Assembly (NCBI GenBank): GCA_036261495.1
Contig: DATAKR010000156.1
Location: 2,603 to 66,602 of the forward strand
DNA length: 64,000 bases
Reading direction: 5' to 3'
Source of the DNA: Acidimicrobiales bacterium
GTDB lineage: Bacteria > Actinomycetota > Acidimicrobiia > Acidimicrobiales > CADCTF01
The position numbers and the translations under genes were made by a program. Under the pieces are notes generated by a model. That model made no database searches, was not told the DNA's origin, and was given only the letters and a program-made list of their open reading frames with translations. This document shows, one piece after another, positions 26,211 through 35,770 of this stretch (positions are counted from its first letter, which is position 1; every line of letters begins with the position of its first letter).

Positions 26211-28543
26211 GCCTCCTCGCACGCAAGCTCGTCCGCGACACCCGGCGTCAATGGGTGCAGTTCGCGGCGGTGGCGCTCACGTTGGCACTCGGCGTGGCGG
26301 TGTTCGGCGCGGCCTACGACAGCTACGACAACCTCAAGTCCTCCTACGCCCACATCTACGACCGGCTCCGCTTCGCCGACGTGACGGTGACCGGCGGCGA
26401 CACCGCAGCGATCGCCGCCGGCGTGCGCGGCCTCGCGGGTGGCCCGGCGGTGGAGACCCGAGTGCAGGCCGACATCCCGTTCCGGGTTCGCCGCGGCGGC
26501 GAGGTGCACACCCTCCTCGGGCGCGTCGTCGGTCAACCTCCCGCGCCCCGCGTCGACGCGCTCTTGATCCAGCGGGGCCGCGGCCTCGACCCCGCCCGGC
26601 CGGCCGGCGTCGTGATCGAGCGGCACATGGCCGACCACTTCCACCTGGCGGTCGGTGACACCGTCGAGGTGTTCGCCGCCACGTGGCGGACGTTGACGGT
26701 CGAGGGCATCGCCGTGTCGCCCGAGTACCTGTGGCCCGCCCGCGACCGCCAAGACCTGCTCACGTCGCCCGACGACTTCGGTGTCGTGTTCGCCGATGAG
26801 GGCCTGGTCGCGGACCTCGCCGGCTCGTCGCCCGCGCACCAGGTCGTGGTGCGCGCGCCCCGCGGGGCCGATGTCGCCGCCTTCGAGCGCCAGGTTCACA
26901 CCATCGCGGCGGCGAACGACGCCGCCGACGTGATGACGCAGGCGGAGCAGCCGTCGAACGCCGCCCTCCAACAGGACGTCGCCGGCTTCGGGCAGCTGGC
27001 GGTCCTGTTCCCGGTGCTGTTCCTGGTGGCTGCCGCCCTGGCCGCCTACGTGCTCCTCGGCCGGCTCGTGCGCACCCAGCGCGGGCAGATCGGAATGCTT
27101 CGCGCCAACGGCTATCCCCGGCGCCGGCTGCTCCGCCACTACCTCGCCTATGGGGCGATCGCCGGCGTCGCGGGCTCGATCGCCGGCGCGGTCGGCGGTC
27201 TCGGCCTGGCCCTGTGGCTCACCAGCACCTACACGTCCTCCCTCGGGATCCCCCTCGCCGTGGCCCACTTCCATCCCCTCACCCCGGTGATCGGGGTGGT
27301 GGTCGGCACCGTCGCCGGCGCCCTCGCCGCGTTCGGTCCTGCCCGGACCGCTTCCCGGGTCGCACCGGCCGAGGCCATGCGCGGCGTCGTCCCCCTCGGC
27401 GTCGCCCATCGCAGCGTCGTCGAGCGGGTGCCAGGGCTGCGAGGGCTGCCGGTGCGGACCCGGCTCGCGCTCCGGAACCTCGGACGGAGCCCGCGCCGAG
27501 CCGTGTCGACCGGTGCGGGGGTCGCCCTCGCCGCCGTTCTCGTGCTGTCGTCTCTCGGGATGCTCGACACGGTGACGCTGGTGATGAACGACCAGTTCCA
27601 CCACATCCAACGGCAGGACGCGCAGCTGTACCTGGCGTCGCCGGCCGACGCCAACCTCCAGGCCGCCGTCCGCGCCGTGCCGGGGGTCGCGGCGGAGGAG
27701 CCGGCCATCGAGGCGCCGGTGGTGATCAGCAACGGTGGACGCCGCTACCAGACGGCGCTCACCGGGTTCGCGCCCAACACCGCCATGCACCGCTTCGACG
27801 CCGCGCTCCCGGATGGCGGTCTCCTCCTCGGCGACGCGCTGGGCTCCATCCTCCACGTCGGCGCCGGGCAGACCGTCGACGTGGCGGTCGACGGCAACCC
27901 CCCGGCGCCGGTGCGAGTCGCCGGCTTCGTGCACGAGCCGATCGGCAGCCTCGCCTACACCACGATCGCCCATGCACAGCAGCTGGCCGGAGGCAACGCG
28001 CTGCCGTCGCTGCTGGTCCGCTACGACGCGCACGCCGACCGCACCGCCGTGCGCACCGCCCTCGTCGATCTCCCCGGTGTGGTCGCCTTCCGAGACGTTC
28101 GGGGGAGCGAGGAGACGGTGCGGCAGCTGCTCGGGCTGTTCTACGCCATCGTCGGCGTGATGCTGCTGTTCGGCTCGATCCTGGCCGTCGTCGTGCTCTT
28201 CAACACGCTCTCGGTGAACCTCTCGGAGCGCACCGTCGAGCTCGCCACGTTGCGCGCTGCCGGCGGGCGGGTCGCGACCCTCGCCCGCATGATGACCGGT
28301 GAGAACCTCCTCCTCGTGGCCGCGGCCATCCCTGCCGGGCTCGTCGCCGGCTGGCTCACGGGTCGCTGGCTCATGAGCTCGTTCAACAGCGACCTCTATC
28401 ACTTCACCCTGCGTCTCCGGCCCACCACGCCGTTGCTCCTCGTCGCCGCGCTGCTCGCGATCGCGCTGTTGATGCACATCCCGAGCCGGCGCAGCATCCG
28501 CCGGCTCGACGTCGCGCGTGTGGTGCGCGAGCGGGCGCTCTGA
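26204..28543 (+). CDS. ABC transporter permease with two FtsX domains
   Basis: 779 aa. GTG overlaps the ATPase stop. Two FtsX-type 4-TM modules. Confidence 0.9.
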   Translation: MVSLLARKLVRDTRRQWVQFAAVALTLALGVAVFGAAYDSYDNLKSSYAHIYDRLRFADVTVTGGDTAAIAAGVRGLAGGPAVETRVQADIPFRVRRGGEVHTLLGRVVGQPPAPRVDALLIQRGRGLDPARPAGVVIERHMADHFHLAVGDTVEVFAATWRTLTVEGIAVSPEYLWPARDRQDLLTSPDDFGVVFADEGLVADLAGSSPAHQVVVRAPRGADVAAFERQVHTIAAANDAADVMTQAEQPSNAALQQDVAGFGQLAVLFPVLFLVAAALAAYVLLGRLVRTQRGQIGMLRANGYPRRRLLRHYLAYGAIAGVAGSIAGAVGGLGLALWLTSTYTSSLGIPLAVAHFHPLTPVIGVVVGTVAGALAAFGPARTASRVAPAEAMRGVVPLGVAHRSVVERVPGLRGLPVRTRLALRNLGRSPRRAVSTGAGVALAAVLVLSSLGMLDTVTLVMNDQFHHIQRQDAQLYLASPADANLQAAVRAVPGVAAEEPAIEAPVVISNGGRRYQTALTGFAPNTAMHRFDAALPDGGLLLGDALGSILHVGAGQTVDVAVDGNPPAPVRVAGFVHEPIGSLAYTTIAHAQQLAGGNALPSLLVRYDAHADRTAVRTALVDLPGVVAFRDVRGSEETVRQLLGLFYAIVGVMLLFGSILAVVVLFNTLSVNLSERTVELATLRAAGGRVATLARMMTGENLLLVAAAIPAGLVAGWLTGRWLMSSFNSDLYHFTLRLRPTTPLLLVAALLAIALLMHIPSRRSIRRLDVARVVRERAL

Positions 28544-28683
28544 GCCCGGGGCCGCGCCGCGCGCGTACGGGGCCGACAGCCATGCTGGTGGGACCTTCGA
28601 CCCTGTGGGAATGCGCCGCATGCGGCGTTGTGTCGGACAGGCAGACCTCGATGCCGAGGTCGGGATCGTCGCGAAAGGACGCC

Positions 28684-29393
28684 ATGGGTCAGCTTCGTGC
28701 CCAGCGAGTGCTCGTGGTCGACGATGAGACGGCGATCCGCGACATCCTCCACCGCTACCTCGCGGCCGCCGGGTTCGAGGTGGCCGAAGCCGTCGACGGT
28801 GACGACGCGCTCGTCCAGTTCGAGGCGCGGGAACCCGATCTCGTCGTCCTCGACATCATGCTGCCGGGCGTCGACGGGCTCGAGGTGCTCCGCCGTCTCC
28901 GCTCCCGTTCCGACGTCTACGTCATCCTCCTCACCGCGAAGGCGGAGGAGGTCGACAAGCTGGTGGGGCTCTCGGTGGTGCCGACGACTACCTCACCAAG
29001 CCGTTCAGCCCGCGCGAGCTCGTCGCGCGGGTGCGCACCGTGCTTCGCCGCGAGCGCGACGAGCGCCCGGCCGCTCACGACGCCGATGTCCTTCGCTTCG
29101 CGGGTCTCGACATCGACCGCGCCCGGCGCGAGGTGCGCCACGCCGGCCGCCTGGTGGAGCCCAGCGCGTTGGAGTTCGACCTCCTCACGGCGCTCGCCGA
29201 GTCGCCGGGCCGCGTCTTCACGCGCCGCCAGCTGCTGGAGCGCGTGTGGGGATGGGACTACGTCGGCGACGAGCGGGTCGTCGACGTGCACATCCGCAAC
29301 CTGCGCCGCGTGCTCGGCGACGACGCCACCGACCCGGGCGTGATCGCGACCGTGCGGGGCGTCGGCTACAAGTTCGTGGCCGGCCCCGCATGA
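28684..29393 (+). pseudogene. OmpR-family response regulator interrupted by a 1-nt deletion
   Basis: The receiver domain (VLVVDDE...DLVVLDIMLPGVDG...LLTAK) runs to ...LVGLSV in frame 1. The expected continuation GADDYLTKPFSPRELVARV plus the winged-helix domain (...VRGVGYKF) is in frame 3 from 28977. One G appears to be missing in ctcggtGGtgcc near 28975-28977. Confidence 0.8.
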
Positions 29394-30502
29394 GCTGGTG
29401 GCGGCGTCTGACGACGAGGCTCTTCGTCTCCTTCGCCGCGGTCGCGGTCGCGGGGGCGGCCGCGCTCCTCGTGACGACGCGCCTGCTCGTACCGCGCCTG
29501 TTCGATCGGCGCGTCGGCACGGGCGTGGGTCTCGGCAGCGCGGGACGCGGAGTGGCGATGCACGACGCCGTCGTCGGCGCGCTCGACCGGGCGCTCCTCG
29601 TCGCGGTCGTGGTCAGCCTCCTCACGGCGGGGCTGATCGCCGTGGTGGTCGCAAGGCGCATCGTCAAGCCCCTCGACCGGGTCAGGGCAGCCACCCGTCG
29701 CATCGCGGCCGGTCACTACGGGGAGCCGATCGAGCGGCCGGTCGAGCAGGAGCTCGCGGCGCTCGCGGACGACGTCAACGCGCTCGCCCGTTCCCTCGCG
29801 GCGACCGAGCAGCGGCGAGCCGAGCTCGTGAGCGACGTGGCCCACGAGCTGCGGACGCCGCTGACGACGATCCGGGGATATGCGGAGGGGATGGCCGATG
29901 GCGTCATCGCCGCCGACCCCGACGTCCTGGCCGCGGTGCTCGCCGAGGTCGACCGCCTCCAACGGCTCGCCGCGGACCTCAGCACGCTCTCGCGCGCCGA
30001 CGAGGGCGCGCTGACGCCGGCCGCGGTCGCTGTCGACCTCTCCTCGTTGGTGGCGGGAGTGGTCGAGAACGTCCGACCGCTCGCCGCGGCGAAGGGGGTC
30101 GTGGTCGAGGTCGCCGGCGGCGCGACGACCACCGGCGACCCTGACCGCCTCGTGCAGGTGATCACCAACCTCGTCACCAACGCCATCACCTACACACCGG
30201 CGAGCGGCCGCGTCCGCATCGAGATCGGCGTACGGGGTGGCGCGGCGGTCGTCACCGTGGTCGACACCGGCGTCGGCCTCGCGCCCGACGATGTCGAGCG
30301 GGTGTTCGAGCGCTTCTACCGCGTCCCCGGCGTGGAACGACCGCCGGGCGGCAGCGGCATCGGCCTGGCCATTGCCCGAGCGATCGCCCGTGCGCACCAC
30401 GGCGAGCTCTCGGCCGAGTCGCCCGGACCGGGCCGGGGCACGACGTTCACCCTGCGCCTTCCGGCGGGCGACGCCGCCCCCGGGTCGAGCGCCCCCGCCT
30501 GA
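29390..30502 (+). CDS. Sensor histidine kinase (2 TM, HAMP, HisKA, HATPase)
   Basis: ATGA overlap with the regulator stop. H-box SDVAHELRTPLTTIRGY; GSGIGLAIARAIARAHHG. Confidence 0.9.
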   Translation: MSWWRRLTTRLFVSFAAVAVAGAAALLVTTRLLVPRLFDRRVGTGVGLGSAGRGVAMHDAVVGALDRALLVAVVVSLLTAGLIAVVVARRIVKPLDRVRAATRRIAAGHYGEPIERPVEQELAALADDVNALARSLAATEQRRAELVSDVAHELRTPLTTIRGYAEGMADGVIAADPDVLAAVLAEVDRLQRLAADLSTLSRADEGALTPAAVAVDLSSLVAGVVENVRPLAAAKGVVVEVAGGATTTGDPDRLVQVITNLVTNAITYTPASGRVRIEIGVRGGAAVVTVVDTGVGLAPDDVERVFERFYRVPGVERPPGGSGIGLAIARAIARAHHGELSAESPGPGRGTTFTLRLPAGDAAPGSSAPA

Positions 30503-30572
30503 GCTTCTCGGTGCTTCACGGAAGCTTCACGCGAGCGCTCGCGGGCGCTTCATCTGGCGGCTCGATGCTTCG
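30503..30572 (+). promoter_or_regulatory. Phased GCTTC(A/T/G) direct repeats, candidate OmpR-type regulator binding sites
   Basis: GCTTCT at 30503, GCTTCACG at 30513, GCTTCACG at 30524, GCTTCAT at 30547, GCTTCG at 30567. Spacings are 10, 11, 23 and 20 nt. Located upstream of the secreted-protein gene. Confidence 0.4.
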
Positions 30573-30602
30573 GGTGTCCCCCACAAGAAGGAGCTCGATC
30601 AG

Positions 30603-30992
30603 ATGATGAAGTTGCGCAAGGGCCTCATCGCCGGAGCCGTCGGCCTCGCCGTTCTCGTGCCCACCGGCATGGCGGTCGCCGACAGCGTCACCCCGACCGG
30701 CACGACGGCGGTGTGCACGGCCGAGCAGCGGGCCGAGCGCTGGGCGGTTCGCGATCAGCTGCGCACCCAGATCCTCGACCAGCTGAACCAGGAGGGTGTC
30801 ACCGACCCCGCACAGATCCAGGATCAGCTGCGCACCCGCCTCCACGACGCCATGGAACAGCAGTTCGGTGAGGTCAAGGGGCCCAACGCCGGCGCCGGCC
30901 AGGGCGCCGGCCCGGGCGCCGGCCCCGGATCCGGTGGCCGCCACCTCGGTCCGATGGACGGCACCGGCCGCCGCGTCGGTGCGAACCGCTGA
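30603..30992 (+). CDS. Small secreted protein of unknown function
   Basis: AAGAAGGAG SD. Signal peptide MMKLRKGLIAGAVGLAVLVPTGMAVA/DS. DQLRT(Q/R) repeats and a Gly/Pro/Ala-rich tail. Confidence 0.7.
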   Translation: MMKLRKGLIAGAVGLAVLVPTGMAVADSVTPTGTTAVCTAEQRAERWAVRDQLRTQILDQLNQEGVTDPAQIQDQLRTRLHDAMEQQFGEVKGPNAGAGQGAGPGAGPGSGGRHLGPMDGTGRRVGANR

Positions 30993-31010
30993 ACAACCGC
31001 ACGACCGTAA

Positions 31011-31039
31011 GGTGGCCCCGGCCCGACGCCGGGGCCACC
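31011..31039 (+). terminator. GC-rich hairpin (12-bp perfect stem, 5-nt loop)
   Basis: GGTGGCCCCGGC-ccgac-GCCGGGGCCACC, 19 nt after the stop at 30992. No U-tract. Confidence 0.5.
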
Positions 31040-31075
31040 GGCGCGTCGAGCGGCGGTGACGGAGGGAGGACTCTG

Positions 31076-31672
31076 ATGGATCGTGACGGCTGGGACGCCC
31101 GCTACGCCGCCACCGAGCTGGTGTGGTCGGCTGGACCCAACCAGCTGCTCGTGGCGGAGGTCGACGGCCTCGCGCCGGGTCGAGCCCTCGACCTGGCGTG
31201 CGGAGAGGGCCGCAACGCCCTCTGGCTGGCGTCGAGGGGCTGGGACGTCGTCGGCGTCGACTTCTCGGGCGTCGCCATCGACAAAGCCCGCGAGATCGCC
31301 GAGCGCCGAGGGCTCGATGTCGACTGGGTGACCGCCGACGTCACCACCTACCGGCCGGCCGCGGCGGCATTCGATCTCGTCGTCGTCGTGTACCTGCACC
31401 TGCCGGCGCCGCAGCTCCGTGCCGTGCTGGCCTCGGCCGTGCACGCGGTCGCACCTGAGGGCGTGCTCGTGGTCATCGGCCACGACATCACCAACCTCAC
31501 CGAGGGTCACGGCGGTCCCCAGGACCCGAACGTGCTCTACGGCCCCGACGACATCGCGCCGGCGCTGGCCGGTCTCGTCGTCGACAAGGCCGAGCGCGTC
31601 CGCCGAACGGTCGACACCGACCACGGTCCGAGCGACGCCATCGACGTGGTGGTCCGGGCGAGGCGTGCCTGA
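31076..31672 (+). CDS. Class I SAM-dependent methyltransferase
   Basis: Motif I LDLACGEGRNALWLASRGWDVVGVDFS. Confidence 0.85.
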   Translation: MDRDGWDARYAATELVWSAGPNQLLVAEVDGLAPGRALDLACGEGRNALWLASRGWDVVGVDFSGVAIDKAREIAERRGLDVDWVTADVTTYRPAAAAFDLVVVVYLHLPAPQLRAVLASAVHAVAPEGVLVVIGHDITNLTEGHGGPQDPNVLYGPDDIAPALAGLVVDKAERVRRTVDTDHGPSDAIDVVVRARRA

Positions 31673-31685
31673 CGGGCGCCGATCG

Positions 31686-32060
31686 TCAGGCGGCCTCTCG
31701 AAAGCCCGAGCACATGATCCGCAACCAGGTGATCCGTCCCTCGTCGACGCCGTAGTAGGCCTGCTGCTCCACCACGAAGCGGCCGTCGGGTGTGACGACC
31801 GACAGGCGGTACCCGACCCGGTCACGGTCGGCCACGCGGTCGTGGTCGATGGCGATCACGCCGTCGATCCGGTCCTGTTCCTCGAACCACCTTCCGAGGA
31901 TCACGTCGTCGACGACGGCCGCCGGCGAGTCAGCCTCCCAGAACCGGTTCGGCGTCATGGCGCGGAAGTCGATGTCGGGACCGAGGAGGGCTTGCAGTGC
32001 CTCGCGGTCCTTGGCGGCGACGGCGTGGACGAATGCCTCTCCGACGGGGTTGGTCGTCAC
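31686..32060 (-). CDS. NTF2/SnoaL-like fold protein
   Basis: About 124 aa, VGEAFVHAVAAKDREALQALL...ITWLRIMCSGF. The start (GTG 32060) is uncertain. Confidence 0.6.
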   Translation of the reverse strand: MTTNPVGEAFVHAVAAKDREALQALLGPDIDFRAMTPNRFWEADSPAAVVDDVILGRWFEEQDRIDGVIAIDHDRVADRDRVGYRLSVVTPDGRFVVEQQAYYGVDEGRITWLRIMCSGFREAA

Positions 32061-32098
32061 GACACCATGATGCTCCCGCGACGGGCCCGGCGTCGCGG

Positions 32099-32824
32099 TC
32101 AGTCCGTGTTCATCATCTCGACGAACCGGTGGGCGACGTTGGCGTCGCCCACCAGCTCGACGGCGTCGGTGGTGACGCGCTTGAAGAGGGTGAGGAGGAT
32201 GTCGGACGCGGCACCGCGGACGGCGACGTCGGCCTTGGCATGGGTCCGCGTCACCTCGCCGGTCGCGTCGACGAACCACTCGCCGTCGGTGTCGGTGCAG
32301 TGCAGGTGCACGGTTCCGGGGAGCGGGTTGTCGGGCCGCACGCACCACGGCAGCGTCACGGCGAGAAGCTCGTCGATCGAGTCCGAGGCGACGTCGGCGT
32401 CGATCGGGGCCGGTGTCGCCGCCGCGTTCTCGAGGTCCCAGCGGTGCACGGCCGCTTCTTGGACCTGGTGGCGGCGGATGAAGCCGACCGTGTGCGCCGC
32501 CTCGTCGAGCGCCCAGGTCCACACCGCCACGTCGTCAGGCGTCGCCCGGAGCGCGTCGATGAGGTGGCCGGCTTGCGCCCGCCCGAACGCGATGAGATCG
32601 CGGTAGTCGGCCGGTCGCGGCGGTGTCGCCGCTTCGGCCGGAGCCGGGTCGTCGAGCCGCTGCTCGATGACCGTGGCCCAGAAGAAGTGCACCTGGCCGA
32701 GATGCCAGACCAGGTCGGCGACGGTCCAGCCGGGGCAGGTCGGCACGCTGCGGGCGGGGTCGGCGGCGTCGGCGGCTCGGTAGAATCGGTCGCTCTCACG
32801 CCGGATCGCGTCGAGGAAGTCCAT
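32099..32824 (-). CDS. Mycothiol-dependent maleylpyruvate-isomerase-family (DinB-fold N-domain) protein
   Basis: N-terminus CPGWTVADLVWHLGQVHFFW. 241 aa. Confidence 0.8.
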   Translation of the reverse strand: MDFLDAIRRESDRFYRAADAADPARSVPTCPGWTVADLVWHLGQVHFFWATVIEQRLDDPAPAEAATPPRPADYRDLIAFGRAQAGHLIDALRATPDDVAVWTWALDEAAHTVGFIRRHQVQEAAVHRWDLENAAATPAPIDADVASDSIDELLAVTLPWCVRPDNPLPGTVHLHCTDTDGEWFVDATGEVTRTHAKADVAVRGAASDILLTLFKRVTTDAVELVGDANVAHRFVEMMNTD

Positions 32825-32907
32825 GGCCCAAGGTGTAGTGCCTGGGGCGCTCCGCCCGCCGCTCAGCGTGGCGCGGTGACCTCTCGCGCCGCCGGCGCGG
32901 CGGTGGC

Positions 32908-33828
32908 TCAGCCCGTCGCGAACAGGTCGGTGCTCAGGTAGCGCTCGCCGGTGTCGGGGAGCACCACCACCACGAGGTGATCGCGGTGCTCGGGCCGGGC
33001 CGCGACCCGGATGGCGGCACACGCGGCGGCGCCGCTCGAGATGCCACAGAGGATGCCCTCCTCGCGGGCAAGGCGCCGCGCACAGTCGGCCGCGTCGCGC
33101 GCGTTCACGCGGACGACCTCGTCGTAGACGCCCGTGTCGAGGATCGCCGGGACGAATCCCGCGCCGATGCCCTGGATGGGATGGGGCGAGGGCTGACCTC
33201 CCGACAGGATCGCGGACTCCTCGGGCTCGACCGCGACCACCAGCAGGTCAGGGTTGTGGGCCTTGAGCGCGCCGCCCGCTCCCGTGATGGTGCCACCCGT
33301 TCCGATCCCGGCGACGAAGACGTCGACCTGCCCGTCGGTGGCGGTCCAGATCTCCTCCCCGGTGGTCCGGCGGTGGATCTCGGGATTCGCCGCGTTCTCG
33401 AACTGCTGGGGCACGAACCCCGAGCGCTCGGACGCGATCTGCTGCGCCCGCGCGATGGCGCCCTTCATCCCCTCGGCGCGGGGCGTGAGGACGACCTCGG
33501 CCCCGTAGGCCTCGAGGATGCGGCGGCGCTCGACGCTCATGCTGTCGGGCATCGTGAACACCGCCTGGTAGCCGCGCGCCGCGGCAACCATGGCGAGGCC
33601 GATGCCCGTGTTCCCGCTCGTCGGCTCGACGATCGTGCCGCCGGGCTCCAACCGGCCCTCGCGCTCGGCGGCCTCGACCATGGCGATCGCGATGCGGTCC
33701 TTCACGCTTCCGCCCGGGTTCGCGCTCTCGAGCTTCGCCACCACCCGGCCGCCGCCCTCGGGGCGCAGCCGTCGAAGCTCGACCAGCGGTGTGCCGCCGA
33801 TCAGCTCGGTCACGTCGTCGTGGATCAT
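32908..33828 (-). CDS. cysK: Cysteine synthase A (O-acetylserine sulfhydrylase)
   Basis: [36 protein letters not shown]. Confidence 0.95.
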   Translation of the reverse strand: MIHDDVTELIGGTPLVELRRLRPEGGGRVVAKLESANPGGSVKDRIAIAMVEAAEREGRLEPGGTIVEPTSGNTGIGLAMVAAARGYQAVFTMPDSMSVERRRILEAYGAEVVLTPRAEGMKGAIARAQQIASERSGFVPQQFENAANPEIHRRTTGEEIWTATDGQVDVFVAGIGTGGTITGAGGALKAHNPDLLVVAVEPEESAILSGGQPSPHPIQGIGAGFVPAILDTGVYDEVVRVNARDAADCARRLAREEGILCGISSGAAACAAIRVAARPEHRDHLVVVVLPDTGERYLSTDLFATG

Positions 33829-34424
33829 CAGAGGGCTCCCATCTCGTAGTTCGTCAGCCAGGCGGGCGCGTCTTGCTCGCGCGCGCGGTCGGGTTCGACC
33901 GGCACGCCGTCGGTCATCACCACGCGCCCTCGGGGGGCGACGACGACCGACCGCGCCGGCACGTCGTCGAGCACGAGCGCGTTGGCGCCGATGCGGCAGT
34001 CGTCGCCGATCGTGACCGGCCCGAGCACTGTGGCGCCGGCGCCGAGCACCACGTTGCGTCCCACCTTCGGATGGCGGTCGGCGCCCTTCGGGTCGGCCCA
34101 CCATCCACGGCCGCCGAGCGTCACGCCGTGGTACATCATCGTGTCGTCGCCCACGACGGCCGTCTCACCGATGACGACGCCGGCGCCGTGGTCGATGAAC
34201 ACCCGGTGCCCGATGTGAGCGCCCGGGTGGATCTCGATCCCGGTGACGGCGCGGGCCGCCACCTGCACCAGGCGGGGGATGACGGGCAGCCCCGCGCGCC
34301 ACAGGGCGTGGGCGACGCGGTGGGCCCAGATCGCCCACACGCCGGGATACAGCACGACTTCGAGGGCATGGATGCCGCGCAGCGCCGGATCCTTGGCGTA
34401 CGCGTTGCGCAGGTCGCTCCACAC
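33828..34424 (-). CDS. cysE: Serine O-acetyltransferase
   Basis: Hexapeptide repeats [30 protein letters not shown]. The stop shares 1 nt with the cysK ATG. Confidence 0.95.
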   Translation of the reverse strand: MWSDLRNAYAKDPALRGIHALEVVLYPGVWAIWAHRVAHALWRAGLPVIPRLVQVAARAVTGIEIHPGAHIGHRVFIDHGAGVVIGETAVVGDDTMMYHGVTLGGRGWWADPKGADRHPKVGRNVVLGAGATVLGPVTIGDDCRIGANALVLDDVPARSVVVAPRGRVVMTDGVPVEPDRAREQDAPAWLTNYEMGAL

Positions 34425-34558
34425 GCTCGTCTCCCTCCTCGTGGCGCCCCATGGTGCTCCACCGATCCGGTCGGGTCACGCGCACCGGCGATCGCCGGTG
34501 ACGTAGCGTCCCGCGACGGCCGCCGGCTCGGCGCGGCCGACGGGAGGCGAAGAGGGGC

Positions 34559-35770
34559 GTGACCGAGGTGTTGCGGCAAGCGGAGGAGCTCATCGCGGAG
34601 CGATGGTCGCCGTCGGTCGACGGCCGCGCGTGGCGCGAGCTCGTGGTCGACGAGGGGTGGGCCGCGCTGCGGTGGCCGGTCGAGTGGTACGGGCGCGGAC
34701 TGACCGACGATGAGGCCAAGGAGGTCGAGGCGGTCTTCGCCGCGGCCGGCGCCCCCGGGCCCGGCCAGGACGTCTACAACCTCTGGGCGGGCACGATGTT
34801 CTCGCACGGCAGCGACGAGCTGAAGCGCCGGTTCCTGCGGCCCCTCCTGCTCGACGACGTGGCCATGTGCCTGCTCTACAGCGAGCCCAACGCCGGCTCC
34901 GACCTTGCCGGAGTGCGGACGACGGCCGTGCGCGACGGCGACGAGTGGGTGGTCAACGGCCAGAAGGTGTGGACCTCGGGTGCCGCCGGCGCGGACTACG
35001 GCATGCTCATCGCGCGCACCGACTGGGATCAGCCGAAGCACCGCGGCATCACCTTCTTCTGGTTCCCGATGCGCCAGCCGGGCGTCGAGGTGCGACCCCT
35101 TCGCCAGATCACCGGCGACTCGCGGTTCAACGAGGTGTTCCTCACCGACGCCCGCGTTCCCGACAGCCATCGCCTGGGCGAGCTGAACCAGGGCTGGTGG
35201 GTGCTGCAGACCGCGCTCACCTACGAGCGGGCGGTCATGGGTGCGGCTCGGGGGCGTCCCCGCCCGACCCCCTCCTCCGACGGCGACGCGGCTCCCACCG
35301 GCGCCACCGCGGCCGCGCACGGTCGGATCCCGACGCCCGACCTCTCGCTCGTCGACGTCGCCCGGTCGACCGGGCACGCGGGCGATCGCGTTGCGCGAGA
35401 CGCCATCGCCCGACTCCACGTGCAGCGGACCGTGAACGGATGGAACGGCGAGCGGGCGAAGGCCACCGCGGCCGCCGGCGGATCGTCGCCGCTCGCCTCG
35501 CTCGGCAAGCTCGCCATGTCGGGCATCCTCCACTACGCCGGCCACCTGTCGGGGTTGCTGCTCGGGATGGAAGCCACGCTCGACGGCGACGAGAACCCCC
35601 GCGCCCGCGACGCCAACTACTCGCATCTCAACGCCTACTTCACCTCGATCGGCGGCGGCACCGACCAGATCCAGCGCAACATCATCGGCGAGCGCATCCT
35701 CGGCCTGCCGAAGGAGCCCGACGTCGACCGCGACGTGCCGTTCCGGAACGTCGCGGGCGGCCCCCGATGA
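34559..35770 (+). CDS. Acyl-CoA dehydrogenase-family protein
   Basis: YSEPNAGSDLAG...DGDEWVVNGQKVWTSGA...SIGGGTDQIQRNIIGERILGLP. Confidence 0.9.
   Translation: MTEVLRQAEELIAERWSPSVDGRAWRELVVDEGWAALRWPVEWYGRGLTDDEAKEVEAVFAAAGAPGPGQDVYNLWAGTMFSHGSDELKRRFLRPLLLDDVAMCLLYSEPNAGSDLAGVRTTAVRDGDEWVVNGQKVWTSGAAGADYGMLIARTDWDQPKHRGITFFWFPMRQPGVEVRPLRQITGDSRFNEVFLTDARVPDSHRLGELNQGWWVLQTALTYERAVMGAARGRPRPTPSSDGDAAPTGATAAAHGRIPTPDLSLVDVARSTGHAGDRVARDAIARLHVQRTVNGWNGERAKATAAAGGSSPLASLGKLAMSGILHYAGHLSGLLLGMEATLDGDENPRARDANYSHLNAYFTSIGGGTDQIQRNIIGERILGLPKEPDVDRDVPFRNVAGGPR

Noticed and set aside
25712-28621. 969-aa ORF on the minus strand
   Set aside because: It is antisense to the well-supported ABC ATPase and FtsX permease genes. 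The translation is Arg/Gly/Pro/Asp-rich with no motifs, so it is a typical shadow ORF of a high-GC genome.
28614-28661. Two small hairpins (CGCCGCATGCGGCG and GACCTCG-atgc-CGAGGTC) in the response-regulator leader
   Set aside because: The stems are short and GC-rich, as expected by chance at this GC content. There is no U-tract or other supporting context.
28975-28977. Programmed ribosomal frameshift in the response regulator
   Set aside because: There is no slippery heptamer at the shift site, and it lies inside a conserved motif codon. A mutation or sequencing error is more parsimonious.
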